Below, piece after piece: positions 42,153 to 56,938 of a stretch of 64,000 nt of DNA. Each line of letters starts with the position of its first letter. The first letter of the stretch is position 1. The DNA comes from Octopus vulgaris (taxonomy: Eukaryota), in NCBI GenBank assembly GCA_951406725.2, contig OX597814.1, positions 132,866,001 through 132,930,000 of the forward strand. The letters are read 5' to 3'. The notes beneath the pieces are model-generated. The model had not been told where the DNA came from. It ran no database searches and was given only the letters and a program-made list of their open reading frames with translations. The translations under genes were made by a program, and so were the position numbers.

Positions 42153-42300
42153 TTAACGTTCTGGGTTCAAATTCCGCCGAGGTCGACTTTGCCCTTCATT
42201 CTTCTTTTGGTGGGGCGATAAATAAAGTAGTGCGGTCGATCTAATTGACTGGCCTCCTCCCCAAAAAATTCGGGCCTTGAGCCTAGAGTGGAAGGGAATT
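42153..42300 (+). mobile_element. remainder of family C SINE after the RTE insertion
   Basis: GGTTCAAATTCCGCCGAGGTCGACTTTGCC continues the unit broken at 40030. Confidence 0.85.
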
Positions 42301-43006
42301 ATTTATTCGGAGATTATACTGGATCTTTGAATATATTTGCAAGTTTGCTGTTCACCTTTGAGGTATGTATACTTTAATTAGATCTGTGGTAACGGCTTGT
42401 GCTACGTAAATGGTTCGATTTCCACCTATCACTTGACAATTAGAAAGCTTGTAAAAATTAGTACATAAGAAACAGAATACATTAAGAGATATTACGCATG
42501 CAATTTTCTTTTCTAATTTGTAGTCTGTCCGAACAAGGGCCTGTATGTGACAAAAGCATAAGAAGATTGATTCAGTCTTAATTTAAATTTGCCTGGCAGA
42601 TTTAACTATCACTTGTTTCGAAACAGTCAATTAGCTGTTCGGTATTTTGTAGTTGCATTAACATCAGCTTCATCATTAATGCAACCAAGGTTCTTCATCA
42701 GGGGTTCTTGTACTTTCTCTTTTCACTGTTTGTCGGAAAGTACAAGAGGAAAATGTAATTTCGTTGGCTTCCATATCAGTTGTCGGTTAATTATTTTTCA
42801 GTTTTCATAACTATTGCCCAGTAAGTATAGGATTTAGAGTAGACCCATTATCAAAATTAATCTGCTGTCTCTGCTTCTCCCAAAACTGTAATCACCAGCG
42901 GCTGTTATGTTATTCCACTGCCTGTATATGAATATATAAATTATAATCAGGTCGCTTCATTCCCGCCTCTCTTCTCCCCCTCTCTCAACTCTCTCACTTC
43001 TCTTTC

Positions 43007-43042
<36 letters not shown>

Positions 43043-44258
43043 ATTATTCTTGATGAATTTGATGAATACAATTTCTCATCGGCCTAACTCTCCTCACTGA
43101 AGTCTTTACTAAATTTGTAATATCTTTCTCCTCACTACTTCTCGAGTAACAGTCATAATTAAAAAATGAACCAACTTGTTGCATGTTCATCTCTAGCTTC
43201 TGCTCTTCAAGCAGATCCCTAAATCAGAATAAATTACAATTAAATTCTAACCATCCATACGTGCTATAACCTACTATAAACTTCATTAAATACTGAGTTC
43301 TCCATTATATTCAGTAGATGGTACTACACGCTACCGATTTACAGGGTTGTAATCAACGGAGCAGTGCTGTCAGGAAGACACAAACCGTCATTTCTTTAAT
43401 TTGTAAATATAAATCTATATTGACTCAGATATCCAAATATTTTGAAAGCATAAACAATATTTTATATATCAGTCTCCAAATAAATTTATTTATAAAATTT
43501 ACTCGGATCACATAGATTTTTTCAAATCATTAAAATTAGTCTATTTATTATTCATTATCTAAAAACTCATGTACATGAATAATTTCTCGATTCGTAAGAA
43601 ACGTCGAGACATTTTAAAATTTCGTCAGCTTTATGTTACAAATATATGCTTTCCCAACGTGTATATGCATATCATTTCTGAAATAAATGACTAAATGTGT
43701 TTTCTTTTCTTGCCAGGAACTTAATCCTCCTACTGCCTGAATAAATGATTTAGTTTAGAGTTTGTTGATTCAGAAACGTAAGTGAAAATCCCATATATCC
43801 ACGTTCAAAGTACAAAATCGTATAATTTGTTAGATCATAGCGACCTATTGAACGGCTAGATGTAAAAATCTAATAAATAATGCAAGCTATCGCTTACGAT
43901 ATTTTGAATTCAATATTGCATCTATAATAATACTGATGGTAAAACAACAACGTTGACAACGTCCGCGATTACGATGATGACGATGACGACGACGAAAAGG
44001 ATGACACGATGACAACGATGATGAATATACTTTCTGAACAAACAAACAATACAATTTTGAACATAGAGATTAGAATAATGCATCGAATAATGCATTCTTT
44101 ACTTTTGTCTTTGCTGTCTTTGCTGCCGCGAATTGTTATTATATTTCTTACTTTCCATTTCATTCTTTACTGATCGTATTCATTTCCTGTCTCTTTTCTT
44201 TCTTCCCCTTTTCTCCATTTCTCCATTTATGTATTTATGTACCTTATAAGAACAGCAG

Positions 44259-44340
<82 letters not shown>

Positions 44341-44589
44341 CAGGCGTTCGTTTCGTAAACAGATAGACCCGGATTCTGTCCCACTCGGTTCGCATTGGAA
44401 AGTATCTTCTACCATTTTTTCTAACGCTTTGCTGGGAGAATTTAGGTGACAGGAACTGCATGAAATTCTTTCATAAGCGTGTATTTGTGTGTATGACAAT
44501 ATTTAAGGTTATTATTTTAATACAATTTTAAGAATAATAACACCATATTCCCTACCGGAGCAAACAAGTATTAAAATGAGAGCCAAATT

Positions 44590-44818
<229 letters not shown>

Positions 44819-45919
44819 TTCCTGTCGAGAAAACTAATCGACAATCTGATGCTTCTGAACAAAAAATTATAGTGTGATATTTCTTTCACCTGACGCAATC
44901 TCGCTATTTTCCTCATAGTATATATATATTTATGAAATCAGCAATTGATTTATGTGAAACTTATAAACGAACGACGCTATTATTCACTAAATGCAATATT
45001 AAGTAAATAATAGCCCATCCTTTTAATAATTATTGCCTACTTTTTTATTCACCGGTTTTCTTGTCTTCTTTCGTTATTACTTCCTTTTATTTCTTCATTG
45101 CTTTCTTTCAGCCATCTGTCAGCTCCTCTTGATTGCCTACTAAACACAATCTCATATGCATACAGAATATTATGAAAAACGTGCGCATCATATTACAACC
45201 GGTATTGCAGACAGCAGCGATGAAAACTAACACCACAAGGCATGCTTAGACAATGTATTATCACATATACATTATACTACTACTAATAATAATAATAATA
45301 ACAATAATAATGATAACGATGATTCTAGTAAAAAGTAGTCAGACCGGGTAGAAACATACTTGAAAGTATGTATAAAAAGCGGTTGCTTTTGTGAATTCCT
45401 GCAATATAACTTGAAGGAGCGTATAAACGTAGAACTGTGATGGAAGTTGATGAAATATTTCATACTGTATTGAGCCTGTATTTAAACGAGAAACTGAAAT
45501 GAGAAAATATTGCTATCTAAGTTTCGCTCATTAATCGTTTGAGGAAAGGGATTATATTTTCGCTTTCGATGCATATTCAAATAACGTAAGGCTGCGACGA
45601 TGTTTACAATACATTACAATAACTTCACTAACTGACAAATATAAACATACATGCATATATTTGTATGTTTGTACATATATATGTATAATGAATTTTCATA
45701 GGTCTATAGATGCTTTCGTAAAAGAAATTAACATTATTTATTACTTAATAATACACATACAATGGACTGGCTATATGCTTTTTTTATTTTCTTGTGTCTT
45801 GGGAAACACATCTACTGGTTACTTGAAACTGTATCTGGATTTCCAATAGGTAAGTCAAACGTTTACTATATCTAAATGTCTAAGATATCTTTGAATGCAT
45901 ATCGGTCTATAGGTGTGCA

Positions 45920-45979
<60 letters not shown>

Positions 45980-46504
45980 CATATATACACGTGTTTGTGT
46001 ATGCGTGTGATATGCGTATGTATGTGTATTTACGTATATTTGTATTCATTTCGATCAACTTAATTTTATATATTACCACACTGCTGTTTGTCTGAATTCA
46101 TGTATTACAATTACAAAGACAAAATCCCCATGACAAGCCATTTCCCTGCAAAATACGTAGACCACAACTTCTATAATGTTTATGATTTTTTTAATTGCTT
46201 AAAAATCAGAAGAAATTGATCTTTTCAGTGTAGACGACTAACAGGCCTTTTTTAGTGAAATCTTAACTCCGAATTTCGGGAGACCAATCTGCAAATTCGA
46301 CCACTTAGGCCATCTTTCTTGTTGCTATAAAAATACATTAATTCTTACAAACCTATAGATTTATTAGGATTGTGTATAACCGATCAATTATTTTTTAACT
46401 ATTTTAACACCAAGCCTCCTAGGACTTCACCTGATTCAATTTTACAAGTTATCCGTTTAAAATGATATAAAGTAAAACCTTTCGTCGAAATTTCACGTTT
46501 ATTT

Positions 46505-46654
46505 AAGGCGTGGCAGTGTGGTAAGAATCTTGCTTCCCAACAACATGGTTCCGGGTTCAATCCAATCGGAGTGCGTGGCAATTTGGACAAGTATCTTCTA
46601 CTATATACTCGGGTTGATCAAAGCCTTGTGAGTGTACTTTGTAGACGGAAACTG

Positions 46655-46702
<48 letters not shown>

Positions 46703-46935
46703 GTGAATGAATTATCCTATGTTTATCGTCAGCATGGAAAATTCGTTTAACCGAAACCTGGGTAGCAAATTCACGTCAGAAACACGGTTGAAGCGACCTG
46801 TCCAAGGGTAGAAACCCCGGGTTCATGTGCAGTAATTTGTGTGTTGTATATGAATGAATGAAAGAATGGTGTCGAACGAAGATGTTAACAAAATTCCTTT
46901 ACTCTCGACATATGTTTCGAAGACAACATGTTTTC

Positions 46936-47007
<72 letters not shown>

Positions 47008-47175
47008 GTATGTATGTAGTTATGTATGTATGTATGTATGTATAAAAGAATAAACAATATAAAAGAAGAAAAAGAAAAGTTAATAGTTGCTTATTATTAA
47101 CAGTAAATTAACCATCATCCCTCGGAGCTATTTCAGACTGCATGGACGTAGTATGATGACTGAAACAAGTAAAGC
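46505..47175 (+). mobile_element. family A SINE (head and decayed tail) with nested H1 element
   Basis: Head 46505-46655 and tail ending GACTGAAACAAGTAAA at ~47172. Confidence 0.7.
46701..46935 (-). mobile_element. H1 Penelope-like/retrozyme-type fragment in (TA)n
   Basis: Reverse complement of ~55470-55706; includes the hammerhead 3' half TCTTC-GAAA-CATATG-TC-GAG. Confidence 0.75.
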
Positions 47176-47721
47176 ATAAAAGAGAACAATGCCAAGTGTT
47201 AAATACAGCTCAATGGAAACTGCCATTGCTTTGGGCAGTATTTCGAAAATTTGTTTCAACGCAGACGCCAGTTTCTTAGTTGGGCATGTTTGCCATTCTA
47301 CAGTTTCTCTTTGGTTCTCTATTTCTATTGCATATTGTTCTTTCTGTATTATTTATCCAACGGAGGAGGGAAGAGGCCATGCTCTTTTTCAAGGCCTTTG
47401 ATAAACGATGGGGTTAATGGTGAGACAAAAGTCGATTTGTGGCCTAGTGTAGCATAGAGGACGTCACTGTTATTATCATTATTAAGACAGTGATGGCGAT
47501 CTGACAAATAATTCACCAACGCATAGGACGGAATGCTTAGCGACATTTCCTTCCACTCTTTATGTTCTGACTTTGAATTATCTCCTGGTCAAATTTGCTT
47601 TTCATTCTTTCCGTGTGAATAAAATTTGAAAGAATTATTATCATTATTATTTGGTAGTAGAGACGGTGAGCTGGAAGAATCCTTATCACACCGGGCAAAA
47701 TGCTTAGTGGCGTCTCATCCG

Positions 47722-49325
47722 ATAGGTTGCCTCCTATCGTTCCTGCTGTACGTACTGACTTTCGAGCCATAACTACACAAGCTGGGTACCTAAGATGAAG
47801 AAGATGTATGTCAGCATTCTCCCACGACGTCACCGCAGTGGTGTCGGAATGTAAACATCGAAATAATTGGCACTGTTTTCAGAGACAACGTGACGGTATC
47901 AGGAATGAAGTTTAACCAGGAAAAGTCCGTGGACTTGCAGCTCGGCACCTGGAGAAGCAAGTCCGTGCCACGCAACTGCATCGTTGGGTGCTGGACGGAC
48001 GGACCGGTCAGATTGCTCAGAGTCTGGTTTGGTCCGGACCTCCAGATGGAAAAATCTTGGACGAAGTAATGAGCAGGGTGACTACTCTTACCCAGAAATA
48101 GGCCCAGAGGAAGCTATTCCTGAATGGTCGGGCAGGTGTGGCTAACGCGTACTACTGCTTCACCGTTGTGCATTATCCCGGGTCCTGTCTGATTACATAA
48201 GAGAGACGCGTTCCGATGGTCAGGTGGTCTATCTGTTGTCCAACACCCACTGAGTGGTGGCCTGGGTATTTTGTGGTTGGTGGTGCGCAGACATGCGCTA
48301 AGAGTATGACATTTTCAGTGCCTCCTTGACGCTGAACAGCTGTAGTCACCATTCTGTGGACATATATTTCCCCAGTTGGTCTCGTTAACGAAGCTGCAGA
48401 GTCAAACAGAAACCGCGAGAAGGCTTTTGGAAAGTGCAATGTTTTCATGTGCTCACAGTCCTCAGCTAGTCGGTCACTGCGATAATTGGAGCGTCTACCA
48501 ACTTTCTATAAATGATTAGAGGAGTGCAACGACGTTCTTGGAGTATCGAAGATCAGCTAGCAGCTCTCTTCCGGAGAACCTTCGGCCTAAGACTAATGTA
48601 TAACTTCCAATAATCTCTGGCTTAGTATTGTTACTGTGGAGCTTTTCTTGTTTGAGATAAACTATACAGGTACGGAAGTGCTGTCAGCGGAATATATCTG
48701 AGATACGCGCAGGGCGATGAAACTGTCCTGCATGTATTCATCCAGTGCCCGACTATTGCTGACCTGTGAGTCTTCGTCGAACGCCTGCTGTCGTATGTCC
48801 ACTGAACCTACAGTGAAGATTGCTCCGTCGTTTCTCTTAACCTGGAACAGCAGGTTGTCTTTATGTGTCTGGTGGTCATTGTGAAAGGGCTGTATGGTGG
48901 ACGAGATTAAAGGGGCTGAAGACAAACACTTTTCCTTTTGGCGAATCCCTGATCAAATTCTTCAAATTCTTCAAACTTGAAGAGGAAATAAGGGCAGAGT
49001 GGGAAGTGTTGCACTCTAGCTATTTTGCTGAAAGGTAGATGCCTACCCTGAGCATACGCTTGTAATCTGAGAAAAGGAAATGAGAAAAGGCACCTGCCCC
49101 TAAAGTGAGGGCACCCATGGTTTTATGGGGTTTTGCCATGAACAGCCCTCGAACAACACCTTCCTATTGAGCATTATACATTGCTAAAATGTTGTTTTTC
49201 ATTATGTTAAACCTGTTTACACTCAAAACTCTCACAACAACACACACAAACATTTTTTTATTTTGTTCTGTACTCTCAATAATATTTTTCTTAATGTAAA
49301 CCATTTTGTGGTAAATAAAGAAAGA
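47722..49325 (+). mobile_element. decayed L1/Tx1-type LINE (RT to 3' end)
   Basis: SAFSHDVTAVVS (degenerate YADD), VSGMKFNQEKSVDLQLGTWR, GPVRLLRVWFGPDLQMEKSW, RKLFLNGRAGVANAY. Ends AATAAAGAAAGAA before (TTA)n and follows a SINE head at ~47660. Confidence 0.75.
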
Positions 49326-49329
49326 ATTA

Positions 49330-49401
<72 letters not shown>

Positions 49402-50302
49402 GCATCATTATATACATATTAGTCTTGGACATATATACGAGTCAAATAAGATGGTTAAGGATGAAGATTACAACCAAAAAGTATGTAGAACTGTAGAAGC
49501 GAAAATTCTGCGCCTCTGACTAACTTATTATATTGAAAAAGCCCATATCAATTTGCGTCTACGATAGAAGCTACTTGCCCAAAGTATCCTACTGAAACCG
49601 CATCCACGTGAGAGTGAAAGCGTTTCAACACATGGCCAATTTATTTCCATAAATATATTCGAGCTTGCGTTATCATTTCATATAATGATACAAATAATGT
49701 AACATGATCTTATAAGATATAAAAGTGAATGACCTAAACTATTTTCTATATTGTGTTGCTTTTTTTTTTCGATCCATCGATTGACAAACGATTTCTCACC
49801 TATATTTCCTTCAGAAGAGCACTTAAATTGTTATTTGCAGAGGATAATACTAGACATAAAAACAGCTGGGATTGATGACCAGGAAAAACACTGTTCGTAT
49901 ACAATAGCTGCATATGGCTGCCAACAAAATAACATTTTACGAAGATAAAATGATTATTACTAACAAGTATAAAATGTAAATTTTATGCATATGCAATCAT
50001 AATGTTTCTTTCATCCATTTTATGTACATCAAATATTTTATATCTATTATTCTTGTACAAACTGCATGAATATGCATAAACCCACACAAAACGCATATGC
50101 ATATGTTTGTATATATTATATGTAAATATTACAGTGACGTCGAAGTTTTCACCGGCTATCCTTCGTTGGACTATCCATGACGGCAGCTAGCAATCACCCA
50201 GTTTCGTGTAAAAATATATGTACTCTACGAAAACGTATTGAATATTTTTTTAGCTTAGTGTTCAAATGTTTTTACTATAACTCGAAATAAATCCATATAT
50301 TA

Positions 50303-50347
<45 letters not shown>

Positions 50348-50570
50348 TAAAAACAAGCAAACATCTTTGAAAGTGTGTGTGTATGTATGTATATAACAAA
50401 AGCGACATGTGTTGATTTTTGAGAAAGAACATACATAATTTTACAGTTCTGCTTACACGTTGTATTTGTAAGGTGCAGGTACAGTCGCATGAATTTTTAA
50501 TCTGAGTAGAGACGCTGTAGGCTTCGTAGCAATTGTAGATATGTGTTCTGTCATTATACAAAAATGTGTG

Positions 50571-50649
<79 letters not shown>

Positions 50650-50778
50650 GTGAATGTGTGTGTGTGTGTAGAATAATAGAATTTTTAATGGCAACAATAC
50701 TCCGTGTATAGTACAACTGCTTGTTTGTGCTCGTTTATGAGCTAAGGGGTAATAAAAAATTTTGGGGAGGAGATACAC

Positions 50779-51259
50779 ATTTCAGTTGTCAGTACAACAC
50801 ATCAAAAAACGAAATCGTGCTTACAGAGACTTGGATGGGATACATGTTTATATTAAAAATTCAAATAATAAAATATAATAAAAGAATAATAAAAAATAAT
50901 AAGATATGAATTGTACATGAAATAAGATATAAAAACATGAAAGAGAGTTCGGTAATATGAGATATCATGAAGGTAATGTCAGTTAAAAGCCATGAAATAT
51001 TCTCTGAAACGGCCGTAGGTTCTTAACTGAATTTAACTGTCTCCGTCCAATACATGTATCTATACACACATACACGGTTTCATGTTCTTATATCATACTT
51101 AATTTACATTTTATATCTTATTATTTTTATTATTTTTATCATTTTTATTATTCTTTATTATTTGAATTTTTAATATAAACATTATCCCATCTAAGTCTTA
51201 TAAATCACTGTAAGCACGACGACTTCGTTTTCGGATGTATAATACTGACAATTCAAATT
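50779..51259. mobile_element. element with ~140 bp diverged inverted arms and internal hammerhead-like 3' half
   Basis: 50779-50918 is the reverse complement of ~51100-51259; internal CTCT-GAAA-CGGCCG-TA-GGTT at 51002-51021. Confidence 0.65.
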
Positions 51260-51282
51260 TTTGTTGTCAACAAGAATATTTT

Positions 51283-51325
<43 letters not shown>

Positions 51326-51749
51326 GTCTATATATATGTATATATGTGTGTGTGTTTGTGGTGTTTGTGCGTGTGTTGTTTTGCGCGCGTCTGAATTTGT
51401 GTATGTGTATGTATTTGTATGTATGCACATTTGTATGTATGTATATATGAGGATTATTTATATATGTTATAATCTAGGACAAGCAGTAAAAGGTTACTTG
51501 GAGTTTCGAATGTCCAGGCGAAGAAAGGCGATGCATTCTCATCGGCTATTTATAGCAACAGACGCTATGAAAAACCGTTAAATAAAAGGGAAGTTACTCT
51601 AATATTTAGGAAAAGAAAAAAGATAAAAAATACAAGCAACCATATTCTCACGCTACATAAACATAAACCTCCTACGTTCACAACGTCTACATGCGTACAC
51701 ACTCACACAATCATGTTTACGTACATGCACACACACACACATGCACACA

Positions 51750-51802
<53 letters not shown>

Positions 51803-51961
51803 GCAACCACATCCTCATAAACACATAGGTGTTTACATGCATACACGTAACATAAAACATATATATTTAGACAACTATACGTATAAATATATATATTTAT
51901 ACAGACATACACACACACATATATATGCGTATACATATATATATATATGTATGTATGTATG

Positions 51962-52294
<333 letters not shown>

Positions 52295-52849
52295 TATATA
52301 CACGCGCGCGTGTATGTGTATATGTGTGTGTGTGTGTGTAAACCTCCAACACTCACAGGTCCTGAATATTGTGTAAAAACACTCTAATTCTGTGTCTCTC
52401 TTGTTCTTTACGTCTCGAATCAGTAGCTGCTTTTCTATCTCACTGTGTGGGATGTAGTACGAATATAGGTCACTCTAATCTACACTGTATCACCTCTGTT
52501 GTGCCTTATTGTTCGGTGTTATTCACAACACGCCTTCCATAATTCAAATTCATAATGAACTACTTTCTGGCGTCCATTATTTTCTTTTCTTTCTTTCTTT
52601 CTTTCTTTCTTTTTGTTGAGATGATATTTGACTTCACTTTTCTTTAAACACTTGCACTCAATCATCATACACACGGAAACTAGACAATATGCACCGAGCC
52701 TGCGCTGATATAATGAAAATACAACATGCTGACGTTTGGATGTCACGCAAAGTTTGTTTCCTTTAAGAGTGAAAAAGACAACAGTGTTCATATCAAGAAA
52801 TTATCGAACTTTTACTCCTGTTCTGCATGTAAGTATGTATATCGATATA

Positions 52850-52944
<95 letters not shown>

Positions 52945-52946
<2 letters not shown>

Positions 52947-53095
52947 ATTTCTTTACTACCTACAAGGGGCTAAACACAGAGGGGACAAACAAGGACAGAC
53001 AAACGGATTAAGTCGATTACATCGACCCCAGTGCGTAACTGGTGCTTAATTTATCGACCCCGAAAGGATGAAAGGCAAAGTCGACCTCGGCGGAT
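52945..53095 (-). mobile_element. family C SINE fragment
   Basis: Near-exact reverse complement of 39856-40003. Confidence 0.9.
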
Positions 53096-53198
53096 ATACA
53101 TATATATATAAACCGTATGTACACCTATGTGTGTGTGTGTGTGGTATTTTCTATAAACTGACGAGGCGAGTTCAATTAAGCCCTAGGCAAAGGAGTAG

Positions 53199-53248
53199 GT
53201 GTCACTGATGAGGATTAATTCAACCCAAAATGACCGATGATCTAACAC
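53199..53248 (+). ncRNA. decayed hammerhead motif
   Basis: GTGTCA-CTGATGA-GGATT aattc AACCC-AAAA-..-ATC-TAACAC; GAAA mutated to AAAA. Confidence 0.45.
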
Positions 53249-53350
53249 TCCTCGCTTGTTGTAGGGAGGTTGTTCTCCCTTGTTAATCAATAGACAAGTC
53301 CAGTACTTTGCCCGTGTCTAAGAGTTATACTGACTCTTACACACACACAC

Positions 53351-53413
<63 letters not shown>

Positions 53414-53414
<1 letters not shown>

Positions 53415-55187
53415 TAGCAGAAATACCCGGTGTCTCACGGGTTAAAGAGAATAATGAAATGTAAAAGCGTCGTCTAGACTTCGCAGGTCTCAACTTCTAC
53501 ATTAATAATTCTCCAGCCCATGCTAACATGGAACATAGACGTTAAGTGAAATGTTAAAAGAAAGTTTTCAACTCATATATGTATATAAAGTAAATACACG
53601 TAATTCAAAAATACGTTTTGTGTAGCTTATTTCGTAACCAAAAAACAAGTACAGATTATACAATGAAAGGTCGATTTTAGTGATTCCTTTGACAGAGGTA
53701 GGAGAGAGCCAATCCGATGATAAATCTGGCCTTGGATCTTGAAAGTATGCGTGAATACTGGCTCAGTTAAATCTCTTGTGGCTCCAAATGATGTCATCTG
53801 TAGTGCAGCGTTATATTGTCTAATTTTGTTTTGGAATTCTTGGAATATTAGTCAATTGATGACAACAGTTTCTTCAATGTCTCTGGAGGCTGGGGTATTG
53901 CAGAGTGTTTAACCTTTCCACCACTGCGGAAACTCTAGTGCCATCTGCATAATGAACAGCTCGATCATAATTGAAAGCTGCTTCATAGAAATTGCTTCTC
54001 TGAACTGTTGCCACTTCTCTTCGTTCTTCAGTGGAGATCCTATTCCTTGTCAGCCGTTCATCGCTTTTAGATGTTCTGGCTTTTGCAGTGCACAATTTGT
54101 TCGTTTCTTGGTATGCGTTCCCTTCTGTAGCTGTCTCTCTTTCCCTGGACAGAGACATTCTTTTGGCTGACCTTAACATTGTAGACAAATTTGACACTTT
54201 CCTTCTAGGCATGGGTATATACATATACAGAAATATTCGGGTGCAGAAGGTAGTAAACAATGAAAATAACTAGATAATGGAAATTATATTTCTTAATATG
54301 GCGAACAAAAAGTAAATAAAAAATGTTTACGGGTTGAAGTGAAATTTGTCAGTGAAGCAAAGATCCAGTATCGAAGGCACCAGAAAAAAGCCGTTAACAA
54401 CAGAAAAACACAAAACCGTTGCAAAAGTAAATAGGAAATTTTTAGAGAAACTAACTAAGCGTACGGATTTAAGTGAAATTTTGAAGTTACTCCTATCAAT
54501 GAATTATGAACTTATTTTATCAGTAATTCCGTGAACGACAAAAACAAAAACAAAATACAAATCGTTGCAAAAGTGACTAAGCAATTTGTCGGCAAATAAA
54601 ACGAAGTGTTCGGATTGAAGTAAAATTTATAAAGCTACTTCTGTCAATAAATTATGTATGAAATTACTTTCATCAGTAATTGTGGAATTCTTTTTGTCAG
54701 TAATTTGTCGTTGTTGTTTGTAAAACAGCGATTACAAACTTACAGTGAAAACAATAGCGATGGAAATTAAAGTGAAAACAATAGAGTATGAGTGAAATAT
54801 AGAGAGAGGGAGAGAGAGAGAGCTAGCTAGTTAGAGAAGTAAGATAGATATAGATAGATAAGATATAGACAGATAGATACAGAGAGATAGATATAGATAG
54901 ATAGAGAGACATAGTGAGATAGATATAGATAGAGAGAGACGGATAGAGGGATATAGATAGAGATAGACGTCACTGACGCTAGAAAATCGGAAGCAAATAT
55001 TTTTTTAAACTTTCAAGCAATATTTTTTTTCATGACCAACTTTCTGAAAGTTACTTCGCAAAGAGTTATCTCATTTCTCCACGTAATGCAGGAACGGGTA
55101 TTTTCTGCCCCCAGGGGGCCCATTACTCAATATGTGAAAACTTTTAAGAGTCTAAAATCATCCCTGTAACAAATGCAGTTATATAGA
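53414..55187 (-). mobile_element. internally deleted Helitron with Rep/Hel N-terminal relic
   Basis: 3' hairpin ACCCG..CGGGT then CTAG|T in (TA)n; 5' TCTATATAAC. Coding relic MPRRKVSNL..AAFNYD, GGKVK..PQPPETL, RQYNAALQMTSFGA, TFKIQGQIYHRIGSLLP. Confidence 0.88.
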
Positions 55188-55416
55188 CACACACGTACGT
55201 ACACACAAACACTCGCACTCATTAACACAAGCGCACACCTGCACATCTCCATACATACAGCAAACATACTGTCCCCTACCTATTTTTACTTCCTCCTTCT
55301 ACCCATTTTTGACGTCAATGCTTATAACGGATTTTTAAAAAAAAACACTCATTATCGCTGTGACCACCATGTAGGCAATCATCGAAATTTTTGTTCGTCT
55401 TGTGGTTGAGAGAGGC

Positions 55417-55512
55417 TCCTTATCTTTCCTGATGAGAAGATTGCATAATGTACCTTTTATTCCTTCGGAATAAAAATATGGTGTCTTCGAAACATATGTC
55501 GAGATAAAAGGA
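55417..55512 (+). ncRNA. type-I hammerhead ribozyme with extended stem II and palindromic stem III
   Basis: TCCTTATCTTTC-CTGATGA-GAAGA...TTTTATTCC ttc GGAATAAAA...TCTTC-GAAA-CATATG-TC-GAGATAAAAGGA; GUC triplet ends at 55500. Confidence 0.75.
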
Positions 55513-55706
55513 ATTTTGTTAACATCTTCGTTCGACTCCATTCTTTCATTCATTCATATACAACACACAAATTTCTACACAAGAAACCGGAGTTTCTACC
55601 CTTGACAGGTCGCTTCAACCGTGTTTTCTGACGTGAATTTGCTACCCAGGTTTCGGTTAAACGAATTGTCCATGCTGACGATAAACATAGGATAATTCAT
55701 TCACCT
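55417..55706 (+). mobile_element. H1 element, most complete copy, ending at (TA)n
   Basis: Homologous to 8935-9135 and 46701-46935; carries the full hammerhead core. Confidence 0.75.
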
Positions 55707-55709
55707 ACT

Positions 55710-55774
<65 letters not shown>

Positions 55775-56938
55775 TTTAATTTGATCTTAGATTATTAGTT
55801 AGAATAATTGTAGGCTGGTAGTATCTTGTGCGAATGATTTTACCTGGAAAAGGAATGTAAGGTAGGAGGTTAAATATAAATACAAATACAATATAGATGC
55901 TTGCACGACTGTGTATATCTGCATATATGTATCTGTGAAGGTGAATATGTTTGTGTATCTATCATTTATTGTCCTATCTCTATTATCCATCCTTATCTAT
56001 TTCAGAAAATTCATCTCAATTGAAAAGCAAACATACCTATAAAGAAACACGCACTTCGAACGCCAGTGAACAGGACCTCAACTTGGACGGTAAAACTATA
56101 GATTTATCTCCTACTTCTTTTTTAACCATTGAATTTAATAAGCTGTCTTTATTGTGTCAATGTCTGCTTAATTTATCTTAGTGTACAACATTGGTTGCAT
56201 TTGAATACAGTTATCAAAACGTTCTGGCGATGATATGATGGAAATGGTAATTTTAGTGAGTGAAAGCGTCGTAAATGATCCAGTTGATTTCTAGGCCTTA
56301 TAATATCAATACAATGTAGAAGTCTAGAAATGATATAACTAAACGCCAAAAGGCATTACGCATCTTTAATGGCGAAGGGACAGGTTTTATTAACATTGCT
56401 AGTTAGCTAGAGATGTGGAATTGACCCAACCAACGTTCAATTAGTTAACGTCAAGATTTGTTAGCGAAATATTAGGGAGAACATGATTCCATAGGGCTGG
56501 TACTCTTAGAGAATAGGATAGTAAGTTGCTTAATTTGTACATCCCTAGAGTAAGACAGAAGAGCGCTGCCCTCGTATATATCTTGGCTACAGGTAATGTA
56601 AACCCTCTACTTCTGGTTGTTTTTTATATGTCACTGCAACGACCACCAAGATGGTGCACTACCACTATAGTTTTGTTGTTATCTACTCATTGCAAATGGG
56701 TGACAGAGAGAAAAAGATGAAAGTTAAACATTCCTTTCACCTTCCTAGACGCATTTTTCACACTGATAATAAGCATATTTCTTAAATGTAACACAATTAT
56801 TAAATAATGTAATGCATGTATCGAATGTAGTTTCTATATGCTGGGAAAGAAGGCACAGCGATGCGATGTGATCTCCCCACATAATTACTTATCTAGCAAA
56901 AGCAGACGATGTTGAAGTTTTCTGCTCCACAGTGGAGA

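Noticed and set aside
43310-43352. Possible terminal exon DGTTRYRFTGL*
   Set aside because: Too short to support without transcript evidence.
55417-55512. C/D-box snoRNA reading of the TGATGA/CTGA words
   Set aside because: No terminal D box and stem; hammerhead geometry explains the motif better.
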